Of a stretch of 64,000 nucleotides of DNA, positions 40,710 to 49,887 are shown piece by piece (position 1 is the first letter of the stretch; the number at the start of each line of letters is the position of its first letter). A model generated the notes under the pieces. It was not told the DNA's origin. It searched no databases and was given only the letters and a program-made list of their open reading frames with translations. The translations under genes were made by a program, and so were the position numbers. Origin of the DNA: an uncultured Candidatus Saccharibacteria bacterium. GTDB lineage: Bacteria; Patescibacteriota; Saccharimonadia; CAILAD01; GCA-016700035. Location: assembly GCA_964583675.1 (NCBI GenBank), contig CAZOVH010000002.1, positions 71,548 through 135,547 on the forward strand, in the 5' to 3' direction.

Positions 40710-43193
40710 TTATCCTACCTTTTGCGCGAGACGATTGGCGATATCGAGTTTCACCTCGCCTTTCACCGCTTTTACCAGTACGGTATCACCCTCGACAATC
40801 TGCTCGTTTAAGATTGCTTCAGCGAGCGGATCCTCGACTAACGATTGCACTGCGCGACGCATAGGGCGAGCACCATTATTTACGTCATAACCTTTTTCGA
40901 TTAGCAGATCCTTAAGTGAAGCGTGGAACTTCAAAGCCACATCTTTTTCGCGCAAACGACGTGCCAAATCTTGCAGCTGCAGATCAACAATCGAGCGCAC
41001 ATCAACCCGCGAAAGCGCCTTAAAGATAACAATATGGTCTACGCGATTTAAGAATTCAGGACGGAATGTACGCTTCAATTCCTGCTTAATTGTTCCCTGC
41101 ATCGTTTCGTGAAGTTTTTCTAACTTCTTCTGTTCATCGGCAGTATCGGTCGTAAACCCAATTTTGGCCTCCTGATACAACGCTTTTGCTCCAACATTAC
41201 TCGTCATGATGATAATGGTGTTACGAAAATCTACCGCCCGGCCTTTTGCATCCGTCAGCTGACCGTCTTCTAGTATCTGCAAAAGCATATTGAAGATATC
41301 TGGATGTGCCTTTTCAATTTCGTCAAAGAGGATGAGACTGTACGGCTTACGGCGAACTTGCTCGGTGAGCTGCCCTGCGTCTTCGTAGCCAACATAGCCA
41401 GCTGGTGCCCCAACCAAGCGCGATACATTGTGTCGCTCCATAAATTCCGACATATCAACTTTAATCATCGCATCTTTATCCTGAAAAATTTCTTGTGCCA
41501 AAGCCCGAGCCAGCTCGGTTTTGCCAACCCCAGTTGGACCAAGGAATATAAACGAGCCAATCGGCCTATCGGCGTGCGCAATACCAGTACGGCTGCGGCG
41601 AATCGCCTTAGCAATTACCTCAACTGCTTCGTCTTGCCCTATAATATGTTTCTTGAGTGTCTCGTCTATTTTTTTGAGTTGTTCAGTCTCAATTTTTACC
41701 AAGCGCGTCAATGGAATGCCTGTAGTATGCGAGATAACTCTCGCGATTTCTTCTTCGCCAATATTGATAATCTTCTTAGCCGTATCCCGCTTTTCTTGCG
41801 CTTCAATCCTTTCTTCAATCACACTCGCTTCGGCCTTCAGGCGCGCTGCATACTCGAAATCTTGGCTATACACCGCGTCTTCAATTTGATCGTTCACTTC
41901 TGCTAAACGAGCCTGCAAATTCTTCATCCGCTTTGATGTGCCGCCCTTTTCAATACGCGCCAATGAAGAGGCCTCGTCGATAAGATCAATAGCCTTATCG
42001 GGCAAGAAGCGATCAGAGATATAGCGCTTTGCGAGTTTAGCAGCAGCCTCGATTGCCTCCTCAGTAATAATTACGCCGTGATGCTCTTCATATTTTGGCT
42101 TTAGGCCTTCTAAAACTTTAACCGTTTCTTCAACTGTAGCCTCAGGCACAATCACCGGCTGGAAACGGCGTTCTAGTGCCGCATCTTTTTCGATATGCTT
42201 ACGATATTCATCAAGGGTGGTGGCGCCAATTACCTGCACCATTCCGCGCGACAAAGCAGGCTTGAGGATATTAGCAGCATCAATCGCGCCTTCTGCCGAG
42301 CCAGCCCCAACCACCGTATGCAGCTCGTCTATAAAGAGAATAATATCCTTATTCTCGGTCACTTCTTCAATGAGTTTTTTAAGTCTCTCTTCAAATTCAC
42401 CACGGTACTTCGTACCGGCAATCACGGTGGCCATATCGAGCATAACAATCCTCTTACCGGCAAGAACATCCGGCACTTCATCTTCCACAATCCGCGTTGC
42501 CAGGCCCTCAACAATAGCCGTCTTGCCAACTCCCGGTTCACCAATAAGGACGGGATTGTTTTTTTGGCGTCGGTTTAAAATTGAGATCATGCGATCGAGC
42601 TGAGACTTGCGCCCAACCATTGGGTCAAGCTCACCAGCGCGAGCTTTCTCGGTGAGGTCGATTCCGAAGTGATCAAGTGCGGGCGTATCACTCTCCTGGC
42701 CACGGCGCTTACCTCGCTTTTCGCCATCGCCGCCATACAGTGGAGTCTGGGCATTCAAATATTGCTCCAGCTCTAGGCGTATCGTATTTGGATTAATCGA
42801 GATCTCTTTCAAAAGTACGTTTGCACGTGCATTCTTTTGAGTAAGAATGGCATACAGCAGATGTTCTGTGCCTGCGTAGGGCTGCCCAAATTCCTGAGCT
42901 ATCCGCATAGAAAGTGCGATGGTCTTCTTGGCCGTCTGTGAGAGTGACTGCAGCGTATGCGTGGACACAACGCCATTTGGCGAAAGTGTAAGCTCTAACT
43001 TATCAAGTGTCACACCAGATTGTGCGAGTATTTTTGAGCCAATCGAGCCCTGTGTTTTAAGAACTCCCAACAGCAGATGTTCTGTACCCACATAAACCGA
43101 ACCAATTCCGGCAGCAATCATGCTGGCATGCTCAAGCGCTCGCTTGGCGTTCTCCGTAAAGCGATCAAATTGCGGTGGTAAATTTTGTTCCAT
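40710..43193 (-). CDS. clpC: ATP-dependent Clp protease ATPase subunit ClpC
   Basis: Clp-N repeats, [11 protein letters not shown]-type M domain, [11 protein letters not shown] loop. Confidence 0.95.
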   Translation of the reverse strand: MEQNLPPQFDRFTENAKRALEHASMIAAGIGSVYVGTEHLLLGVLKTQGSIGSKILAQSGVTLDKLELTLSPNGVVSTHTLQSLSQTAKKTIALSMRIAQEFGQPYAGTEHLLYAILTQKNARANVLLKEISINPNTIRLELEQYLNAQTPLYGGDGEKRGKRRGQESDTPALDHFGIDLTEKARAGELDPMVGRKSQLDRMISILNRRQKNNPVLIGEPGVGKTAIVEGLATRIVEDEVPDVLAGKRIVMLDMATVIAGTKYRGEFEERLKKLIEEVTENKDIILFIDELHTVVGAGSAEGAIDAANILKPALSRGMVQVIGATTLDEYRKHIEKDAALERRFQPVIVPEATVEETVKVLEGLKPKYEEHHGVIITEEAIEAAAKLAKRYISDRFLPDKAIDLIDEASSLARIEKGGTSKRMKNLQARLAEVNDQIEDAVYSQDFEYAARLKAEASVIEERIEAQEKRDTAKKIINIGEEEIARVISHTTGIPLTRLVKIETEQLKKIDETLKKHIIGQDEAVEVIAKAIRRSRTGIAHADRPIGSFIFLGPTGVGKTELARALAQEIFQDKDAMIKVDMSEFMERHNVSRLVGAPAGYVGYEDAGQLTEQVRRKPYSLILFDEIEKAHPDIFNMLLQILEDGQLTDAKGRAVDFRNTIIIMTSNVGAKALYQEAKIGFTTDTADEQKKLEKLHETMQGTIKQELKRTFRPEFLNRVDHIVIFKALSRVDVRSIVDLQLQDLARRLREKDVALKFHASLKDLLIEKGYDVNNGARPMRRAVQSLVEDPLAEAILNEQIVEGDTVLVKAVKGEVKLDIANRLAQKVG

Positions 43194-43250
43194 ATCAAGC
43201 CTCCTTTCCTAATATGGTGCAGCAGCTAAGGTGCAGGTCGAAGTTGAAGA

Positions 43251-44459
43251 CTATTCCTCTTCGCTTACTTCAACATTTTCGTCAGTATCGGCGGCAGGGG
43301 TAGCATCTTCCTCCGCAACAGGCTCAGCATTGGCTTCGGCAGCAGCAATAAGTTCATCTTCTAATCCTACTGCTCGCTTCTTCTCGGAGCTCTCAGCTAC
43401 TTCCGCGGTTTCTTCAATACCAGCATCATCAGCTCCGTCGATGTCGATATTCCAGTCAGTCAACTTAGCAGCCAGACGTACGTTTTGACCGGAACGCCCA
43501 ATGGCGAGAGACAGCTGATCTTCGGGAACACGCACAACTGCGCGCTTTTCAACCTCATCAGTTTCAACGGCAATGATATTTTTTGCAGGAGAAAGCGCAT
43601 TGGTAATGTAGTGCTTAATATCTTCATCAAATGGGATGATATCAATCTTCTCTTCGCCAATATTAGCCATAACAGCCTGCACTCGAGTCCCACGGCCGCC
43701 AACAAAAGTACCAACTGGATCAACGCCATCTACATTGCTCTTAACAGCAATCTTCGTGCGGGCACCAGCTTCGCGAGCAATGTTTACAATTTCTACATTG
43801 CCAGCTGCAATTTCTGGCACTTCCATTTCAAAGAGACGACGAATAAGATTCGGGTGTGAGCGGCTCACAACAATTTGTGGCCCTTTGAGGGTGTTCTCAA
43901 CGCGCACAACATATACCTTGAGGCGCTGTCCCGGGTAATAACGCTCACCATGAATTTGCTCGGAGGCAAACATAATACCAGTCGTTCGACCAAGGTCTAC
44001 GAAGACATTTCCGTGCTCCACGCGCTGTACCGAACCGTTCATAATGGTATCTTCTTTGTCCTGGTATTCGTTGTACACAACTTCGCGTTCAGCTTCACGA
44101 ATGCGCTGAATAATCACCTGCTTAGCAGTCTGAGCTGCAACGCGACCAAACTCTTTATTAACGTCTTCAATCTCCACAGTCTCACCAACTTTTGCAGAGC
44201 TCTTTATTATTTGTGCGTCCCCAACAGAAATCTCGAGGTGTGGGTTATCAACTTCGTCTACCACTTCCTTGGTAACAAAAATACGTGGATCACCAGTTGA
44301 TGGGTCTACCTCCACCCGAACTTCCTGATCCTTATCGCCAAAGTCCTTTTTGTAAGCAGCAATAAGCGCCATTTCAATCGTCTCCATGACGACATCCTTT
44401 GAAATGCCTTTTTCTTCACATATTTGTTCGATGGCTGAAATAAATTGATTTTGCTGCAT
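43251..44459 (-). CDS. nusA: Transcription termination factor NusA
   Basis: FGRVAAQTAKQV, AREAGARTKIAV, SLAIGRSGQNVRLAAKLT. Confidence 0.98.
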   Translation of the reverse strand: MQQNQFISAIEQICEEKGISKDVVMETIEMALIAAYKKDFGDKDQEVRVEVDPSTGDPRIFVTKEVVDEVDNPHLEISVGDAQIIKSSAKVGETVEIEDVNKEFGRVAAQTAKQVIIQRIREAEREVVYNEYQDKEDTIMNGSVQRVEHGNVFVDLGRTTGIMFASEQIHGERYYPGQRLKVYVVRVENTLKGPQIVVSRSHPNLIRRLFEMEVPEIAAGNVEIVNIAREAGARTKIAVKSNVDGVDPVGTFVGGRGTRVQAVMANIGEEKIDIIPFDEDIKHYITNALSPAKNIIAVETDEVEKRAVVRVPEDQLSLAIGRSGQNVRLAAKLTDWNIDIDGADDAGIEETAEVAESSEKKRAVGLEDELIAAAEANAEPVAEEDATPAADTDENVEVSEEE

Positions 44460-44540
44460 AAAAGTTTTCCCTTGTCTTTATTCTACTAAGTCGTACTCGT
44501 GCTGTATGTAGTTTTACGGATTTTTCTCATATTTTGGTCT

Positions 44541-44584
44541 AAAAAAGCCGCTCGCTGTATTTGGTTTTCTACCAGCGACCGACT
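44541..44584 (-). terminator. Terminator/attenuator hairpin in the nusA 5' leader
   Basis: Minus strand AGTCGGTCGCTG...CAGCGAGCGGCT-TTTTT between the promoter and nusA. Confidence 0.6.
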
Positions 44585-44626
44585 CTGACAACAGCATCGA
44601 TGTATGATTACCAGTATACGCAACCA

Positions 44627-44659
44627 GAATTAGCACTGTCAAGTGCCAAGTGCTAATTC
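44627..44659. promoter_or_regulatory. CIRCE-like operator overlapping the -35 of the nusA-clpC promoter
   Basis: TTAGCACTG-N9-AAGTGCTAA (44630-56); minus-strand TTGACA 44637-42, N18, TATACT. Confidence 0.72.
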
Positions 44660-45018
44660 TATCCATCCTCCACTGCGTTCGGATAGTAGCTGCAGGTAAA
44701 CTTTTCCCCAGTTACAACCACTACATCTATCCGAATATTTTGATGAGCATCATCATAACCCTGCTGCGCTAGCCACTGCATAATACCCTGCGAGAGCCGC
44801 CACTTTTTCTTAGGTGAGATTGCCGCCTCACCACCACCAAAATCTGCATTACGGCGATACTTTACTTCTACCGCTACAATATCTGAACCATCTAGCATCA
44901 CTAAATCAAGTTCATAAAATCGAGTGCGTGCATTTTGATCCAGACATTTCATACTCTGTTGCTCAAGATAATTTCGTGCCACTAGCTCTGCTTCTGCACC
45001 AATCGCCGTAGTATTCAT
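44659..45018 (-). CDS. YraN/UPF0102 family nuclease-like protein
   Basis: GAEAELVARNYL..ELDLV..VEVKYR..RIDVV; adjacent to rnhB. Confidence 0.92.
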   Translation of the reverse strand: MNTTAIGAEAELVARNYLEQQSMKCLDQNARTRFYELDLVMLDGSDIVAVEVKYRRNADFGGGEAAISPKKKWRLSQGIMQWLAQQGYDDAHQNIRIDVVVVTGEKFTCSYYPNAVEDG

Positions 45019-45626
45019 GACAAGATATTCCCAAGAAAGCTACTACGATGAATTGGCGTGACGCCATACTTTTTAAGTGCCGCAATATGGCGCGGCGTTC
45101 CGTAGCCCACATGTGTTTCAAAGCCATACTCAGGATACTGCAAGGCATATTCTCGCATCAGCTCATCACGCTCTTCTTTAGCGAGGATAGACGCTGCCGC
45201 AATAGATGCGCATATCATATCCCCCTTCACAATCGTGCGAGCCGACATAATATCACGCAAAAAATTGTGCTTTCCATCAAGCAACACTAAATCTGGACGA
45301 ATATCAACTTTTGTAAGTATACGTCTCGCGGCTTCCTGCAGACTTGCTGTGACGCCATGCTTATCAATAAAATCTGGCTCTACATGCTCCACACAGAACC
45401 ACTCAGCTGCGGCCCGAATAGCGATTGCCTTTTCAGCACGCTGTTTAGCCGAGAGGAGCTTAGAATCTACCACCGGCTCTGCAAAGCCCTCCGGTAAAAT
45501 TACCAAGCCTACACTAATCGGCCCAGCCAGGGGCCCTCGCCCCACTTCATCCATACCGGCAACAACTGCGAACCCCTCGAGGCGTGCTGCCTCCTCCATT
45601 TCATGCGTTGCCCACGTCCTTGCCAT
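45015..45626 (-). CDS. rnhB: Ribonuclease HII
   Basis: GMDEVGRGPLAGP, DSKLL, KGD..SIAAASILAK..RD, HVGYGT. Confidence 0.97.
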   Translation of the reverse strand: MARTWATHEMEEAARLEGFAVVAGMDEVGRGPLAGPISVGLVILPEGFAEPVVDSKLLSAKQRAEKAIAIRAAAEWFCVEHVEPDFIDKHGVTASLQEAARRILTKVDIRPDLVLLDGKHNFLRDIMSARTIVKGDMICASIAAASILAKEERDELMREYALQYPEYGFETHVGYGTPRHIAALKKYGVTPIHRSSFLGNILS

Positions 45627-45675
45627 ATATCCATGATACTACGAACAAAATACGAATGTCTAGATTTTTACGTAC

Positions 45676-45705
45676 AAAAAATCCCGCCTTCATTACGAAG
45701 ACGGG
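45676..45705 (-). terminator. Intrinsic terminator of unit 6 (pyrD)
   Basis: Minus strand CCCGTCTTC-GTAAT-GAAGGCGGG-ATTTTTT. Confidence 0.75.
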
Positions 45706-45712
45706 CAATGAA

Positions 45713-46651
45713 TTACGAAAGAGCAACCCACTCGGCAACAATGCGCTCGATGGTGGATGGCGATCGATGCCAGTAATCGGCTGCGACCTGCACGGCCGTA
45801 GCGCCACAGGTGAGAAAGTCCGCCGCGTCCTGCCCAGATGAAATGCCGCCAACACCGACCACGGGAATTGGTGAATCGAACGACTTGAGAGCCTCCACCC
45901 ACTGGTAGACCTGCCCGAGCGCAATCGGCAGATAAGCTGGTCCCGAGAAGCCGCCGAGGACTGTCGAGAGATACGGCTTGCCGTCCCGCATCACGAGAGC
46001 ATTCGGAAAGGTGTTGCTCGTGACGATGTAGATCCGATCACGAAGTCCCAACTTCTCATTCCATGAATAGTCGGCAATCATCTTTGCAGCTGCTTTGAGC
46101 TCCTCCGGATTCGAGTAGGGCGACACCTTCAGGCCAACCCGACCCTTCCAAAGACTCACGACAAGGGCAATCTGCCGTTCCATCCCTTTGATATCAAAAC
46201 TGGTGATCGACTTCTGCTCGCCAGACCCCCACACATTCGGACAACCCAGGTTGAGCTCAACAGCATGGACATTCCAAACTGCAGCAAGATGGAGCAGATG
46301 CCGCAAGCTCTCTTCGAAGTCCCCCAAAGGAGCAATCGAGAGAATGATCTTCTTGCCACGTGCGCGGGCCAGTTCAAGGAGCTGCAGGGACTCAGACTCG
46401 TGCTCCCAGTAATACTCCAGCCCTGGCTCCGGTAGACCCATGGCGTTCACCATGTAGCCACGGTCGGGGTCGTAGAGTGAACGCGGTTCAGGATTTCCCA
46501 ACCGCTCATCGAGTGAGCCGGTGAGAGAACCGATCACGATGGCGCTGGCGGATGAGTTCACGGCCGCTTCAAGCTCTGCGAGCGTCTTCACCATCCCCGG
46601 AGCGATTGTCACTGGATGTTCGAGCTGCATACCGCACAAATCGATGGTCAT
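45713..46651 (-). CDS. pyrD: Dihydroorotate dehydrogenase, class 1 (1A-like) (unit 6)
   Basis: GNPEPR, NAMGL, ELNLGCPNV, KVSPY, SNT, GGFSG, GVGGI..GATAVQV. Confidence 0.9.
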   Translation of the reverse strand: MTIDLCGMQLEHPVTIAPGMVKTLAELEAAVNSSASAIVIGSLTGSLDERLGNPEPRSLYDPDRGYMVNAMGLPEPGLEYYWEHESESLQLLELARARGKKIILSIAPLGDFEESLRHLLHLAAVWNVHAVELNLGCPNVWGSGEQKSITSFDIKGMERQIALVVSLWKGRVGLKVSPYSNPEELKAAAKMIADYSWNEKLGLRDRIYIVTSNTFPNALVMRDGKPYLSTVLGGFSGPAYLPIALGQVYQWVEALKSFDSPIPVVGVGGISSGQDAADFLTCGATAVQVAADYWHRSPSTIERIVAEWVALS

Positions 46652-46670
46652 GTTTCTCTTCTTTCATTCG

Positions 46671-46719
46671 AGGTACTTTTGAACCGCTTAATTATTCCAT
46701 CAGGAACATAAACACACAA
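46671..46719 (-). promoter_or_regulatory. Unit 6 promoter plus GTACCT motif
   Basis: TTGTGT (46714-19)-N17-AATAAT (46691-96) with a TGn extension; GTACCT 46671-76. Confidence 0.6.
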
Positions 46720-46723
46720 GCAT

Positions 46724-46756
46724 AAAAAGAACCGGTTTGGGATATTCCCAAACCGG
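46724..46756 (-). terminator. Intrinsic terminator of unit 7 (pyrC)
   Basis: CCGGTTTGGGA-N3-TCCCAAACCGG then TTCTTTTT on the minus strand. Confidence 0.8.
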
Positions 46757-46769
46757 CTTTGAAGAGACG

Positions 46770-47885
46770 TCAGTCTTCGTAGACCTCGCCAAACCACTCC
46801 ATGCCTTCGACACGCCAATCAAGCACCTCGCCAGCCTTCCACGGGACGAGCACCTGCTCCGGATCGCTGACATTGGTACGATCATGTCGACCAATCGGCC
46901 ATACCTCTGGCACCTGCCAACGCTCACGGACGAGCGTCATCTGCGGCCGCGGCCTGTCCGACTCGATGCCGTAAAACGCGGCACCGTTGGTACACATGAA
47001 GGCTACGAAGGCTTCCCACTTGTCCCGATCACCATTGCGATCGAAGTGATCCCACAACACCGGGATTGCCACCGGACTAGTCCAGGCACCGAATGCTGGT
47101 GCCCCACCAAGCTTCTTGACTTGAGCGTGTGGCGCAGAATCCGACCCAAAGAAAATCTTTCCCGGCCACAAGTGTGCTCCCAAGATGATGTGAGCCAATG
47201 CTGCTCGATCGGACGCTGTCTTGGCAACCGGCATACACAGGCAATGTGGGTCTCGCACTGCCATCTCGTGCGTAAGAAATGGGTGATGGGCTGTAATGGT
47301 GGCCGCAACATTTGTCGGCATATCCAAGACTGCCTGCAGCATACGATGATCCGACACATGCTCCACCACAATCTTGAGATCTGGATAGTTCATCACCAAC
47401 CATTCAAGATGTGGAATGAAGCCAAACTCACGCCTGAGATCATCCGGTTCGACGTCTGGTGTCAGCTCCGCATGCACACAAAGTACAATTCCCAGTGCCT
47501 CCATCATCCGCAAGACATTGTAGTCAAGATCCTGTGGACTTGAGAGGCCACTGCCGGAATTGGTTGTGCCTCCATGCGGATAATACTTGGCTGCACGAAT
47601 GTAGGCCGCCACTTCCTCCACTACCCTCGGTGTAGTACGACTCGTAAGGTACAGCGTGGGGTGAATGCGGCCTGCAAGCACCGACTGACCGTAACCAGAT
47701 CCAGCAATCTGCTCCCTGTATAGGGATACATCTACAACATCTGTCAGGGGCGGTGTCAGATTCGGCATCGGCAGGAAGTTGCGAAACTGACATTCGGTAA
47801 ATGGGCGCACAGCTTCAAGCAAGTCGCCATCACGCAGATGCACATGCCAGTCGTCGGGCTTCGGGAAAGTAACTTCGATAGACAT
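46770..47885 (-). CDS. pyrC: Dihydroorotase, E. coli-type (type II) (unit 7)
   Basis: DDWHVHLRDG, MPNLTPP, KYYPHGGTTNS, VHAE, VVEHVS, CMPVAK, GSDSAPH. Confidence 0.95.
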   Translation of the reverse strand: MSIEVTFPKPDDWHVHLRDGDLLEAVRPFTECQFRNFLPMPNLTPPLTDVVDVSLYREQIAGSGYGQSVLAGRIHPTLYLTSRTTPRVVEEVAAYIRAAKYYPHGGTTNSGSGLSSPQDLDYNVLRMMEALGIVLCVHAELTPDVEPDDLRREFGFIPHLEWLVMNYPDLKIVVEHVSDHRMLQAVLDMPTNVAATITAHHPFLTHEMAVRDPHCLCMPVAKTASDRAALAHIILGAHLWPGKIFFGSDSAPHAQVKKLGGAPAFGAWTSPVAIPVLWDHFDRNGDRDKWEAFVAFMCTNGAAFYGIESDRPRPQMTLVRERWQVPEVWPIGRHDRTNVSDPEQVLVPWKAGEVLDWRVEGMEWFGEVYED

Positions 47886-47904
47886 GAGTGTTTCTTTCTG
47901 TTGT

Positions 47905-47952
47905 AGGTACTTCGAACTTGCCTATTTTGCTAGATTTTGACTCAATTTTCAA
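47905..47952 (-). promoter_or_regulatory. Unit 7 promoter plus GTACCT motif
   Basis: TTGAAA (47947-52)-N17-CAAAAT (47924-29); GTACCTACAAC from 47910, the same 11-mer as unit 1. Confidence 0.7.
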
Positions 47953-48003
47953 GCATAACAAAAAACGCCCCCAGTCGGGCGCTTTGTGTAAGTGCTAGTA
48001 TTT

Positions 48004-48621
48004 TTAGGCTTCTTTCGCCTGCTGCTTGTCGTCTTCGGCCTCTGCCTTATCAATACCTTCTTGTGTTTCGGCGGCGGCGAGCTCCTGCTCATCATCTCCG
48101 TCGGTCTTAGCATCGTCCTCTGCAGCCTGCTTGTTTTCTTCCTTTGCAATGTCTTCAGTAGATTCCACAACTGCATCTTCAGAAGTGTTTGCTTCGGCTT
48201 CTGCAGCCTTTGCCTCGGCCTCCGCTTCAGCTAGCTCGGCAGCAGTACGATGATCTACGTCATTTGCAGCGGTCTTATCAAATTCCTGTTCCATGAGTCG
48301 AGCCTTTTTACCACGAAGTCCACGCATGTAAGAAAGGAAGGCGCGTCGTACTTTGGCGCGGCGGATAACTTCGATCTTCTCTACGTTTGGCGAGTGAACA
48401 AACCAACTTTTCTCTACGCCTACACCTGAAGCAATCTTACGAACAGTAAGGTAAGCATTGCCATCGTTTGGCTTGCGATAACGAATAACCAGCCCCTCAA
48501 AAATCTGAGTACGGGTTTTATTTCCTTCACGAATAATCTGGTGAACTCGTACGGTGTCACCTGGTTGAATCTGCGCAATCTTTGCTTTAAGCTGCGGCTT
48601 TTGGAGTACGTTTGCTTGCAT
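48004..48621 (-). CDS. rplS: 50S ribosomal protein L19 with long acidic C-terminal extension
   Basis: PGDTVRVH..RTQIFEG..TVRKIASGVGVEK..KVRRAFLSYMR; roughly 90-aa A/E/D-rich tail. Confidence 0.97.
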   Translation of the reverse strand: MQANVLQKPQLKAKIAQIQPGDTVRVHQIIREGNKTRTQIFEGLVIRYRKPNDGNAYLTVRKIASGVGVEKSWFVHSPNVEKIEVIRRAKVRRAFLSYMRGLRGKKARLMEQEFDKTAANDVDHRTAAELAEAEAEAKAAEAEANTSEDAVVESTEDIAKEENKQAAEDDAKTDGDDEQELAAAETQEGIDKAEAEDDKQQAKEA

Positions 48622-48682
48622 AACTTGAGTATTCTATCAGGTTTTCTCGAGGAAAGCAAGCGTGACGGTGGCATGTTTTTAT

Positions 48683-48729
48683 TTGACTATTGTATATTTC
48701 TGTTGCAGAATATATGTGAACCTGTACCT
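48683..48729 (+). promoter_or_regulatory. Unit 8 promoter plus GTACCT motif
   Basis: TTGACT 48683-88, N17, CAGAAT 48706-11, GTACCT 48724-29, GAGGG SD. Confidence 0.7.
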
Positions 48730-48753
48730 ACCGATCAACCAACGAGGGAAGTC

Positions 48754-49029
48754 ATGAGTATGTTCGCATTCGAAGCTGAATCCGAATTCTTCGGCCACAT
48801 CGTCACACACGCGACCGAGGAACAGCCAGGCAGGCTACCTCGTGTCGTCCACACGGCACACTGCAACGAGTGTGGAGAGGCTCCTCTTCACGGCGACACA
48901 CACGACGAGATCGAACGAGCCTTCAAGGATGCCCTCTACGCGCACCATATCCAGGTGCTGGCAAAGCACCTGGAGAGCACCGAACGGACTGCTCGCCACC
49001 CCGAAGGTAGCGAACTTCTCGGAGGCTAA
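48754..49029 (+). CDS. Small His/Cys-rich hypothetical protein, CxxC...HH (unit 8), 91 aa
   Basis: ATG 48754 after SD; HCNECG..HH; terminator follows. Confidence 0.7.
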   Translation: MSMFAFEAESEFFGHIVTHATEEQPGRLPRVVHTAHCNECGEAPLHGDTHDEIERAFKDALYAHHIQVLAKHLESTERTARHPEGSELLGG

Positions 49030-49059
49030 GGCTGCAGATCACTCTGGCAACCAACCGCC

Positions 49060-49120
49060 CCGCCACCAACTCTTTGGTGGCGGTTTTTAATAAAAAACCC
49101 CACCACAGTTACGTGATGGG
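49060..49120. terminator. Back-to-back terminators of unit 8 (+) and unit 9 (-)
   Basis: CCGCCACCAA/TTGGTGGCGG-TTTTT and minus-strand CCCATCAC/GTGGTGGG-GTTTTTT. Confidence 0.75.
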
Positions 49121-49126
49121 AAGACG

Positions 49127-49819
49127 CTATACGACGAGCATACTCAGGTTGCCGCGCACAACACCAATCAGTTCTTCGGCCGCGACATCGAGATCATCGT
49201 TGACGATGATATGGGGGTTCGGCCAAGTGCCCAGAATCTCCGGGATCTCCCACTGGGCACGGGCCAGCTTCTGCGTCATCACCTCCTCGGAATCACCCCG
49301 CGCCTCAAGACGCATCTGCAGATTGCCAAGCATGTCGCCAACCACAATTGACGAGCGAGCAATCGAAGACCAATACCTCCCTGGCTCTGCAAGTCGAGAT
49401 CCTTCCACCGCCTGCTTGCTCCACTTCGCAGTGAATGGCGGAACGATGCCAATCAACGTGACGCCAGGAAAATCCGGAATCAGCCGCGACTTGGCGTAGA
49501 GCTGCAATGCTCCGTTCACATCGAGCTCACGAATCTCGAAGCCAGGGCTACCAGGCTCAACAAAAGATCCATAATGGCCACCCGTGGCATTTACAGAGTG
49601 CTCGACGATACTCCCGGCAGCTCTATAAAGCATGAAGTCCTCAAACGACAAGTAGACGTACTTTGAGTTGCCCTCCTCGTCGTAATCATCGTCTCGCGGA
49701 TCCCTCGTTGTCGCTTTGCGACCCACGGTCAGCTGCGAGAACGCCTGAAGAATCCGCGCCAACAAGGTGTCCTTACCGACGCCTTCGGGCCCAGAGATAC
49801 AGAAGATATGCGAAGCCAT
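49127..49819 (-). CDS. Divergent guanylate-kinase-like protein with an internal insertion (unit 9)
   Basis: SGPEGVGKDTL, TTRDPR, YVYLS..F, HYGS, ELDVNGA, RLEARG, IIVNDDLD. Confidence 0.8.
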   Translation of the reverse strand: MASHIFCISGPEGVGKDTLLARILQAFSQLTVGRKATTRDPRDDDYDEEGNSKYVYLSFEDFMLYRAAGSIVEHSVNATGGHYGSFVEPGSPGFEIRELDVNGALQLYAKSRLIPDFPGVTLIGIVPPFTAKWSKQAVEGSRLAEPGRYWSSIARSSIVVGDMLGNLQMRLEARGDSEEVMTQKLARAQWEIPEILGTWPNPHIIVNDDLDVAAEELIGVVRGNLSMLVV

Positions 49820-49837
49820 GAGCTTCTCCTTATAGCT

Positions 49838-49886
49838 AGGTGCGAATATAAGTATGGATTTTACGGAGTTAGCACGCGTAAAGCAA
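49838..49886 (-). promoter_or_regulatory. Unit 9 promoter plus GCACCT motif
   Basis: TTGCTT (49881-86)-N17-TAAAAT (49858-63); GCACCT 49838-43; AAGGAG SD. Confidence 0.75.
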
Positions 49887-49887
49887 C

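Noticed and set aside
46737-47543. 268-aa plus-strand ORF and the many other antisense ORFs over core genes
   Set aside because: Shadow frames of well-supported genes such as pyrC, rplB, rpoB/C and clpC; no motifs or expression signals.
48541-48753. Upstream extensions of ORF-track calls (48541, 5094, 7332, 12823, 15822, 61275)
   Set aside because: They overlap neighbouring genes or promoters; downstream starts match homolog N-termini or SD/-10 positions.
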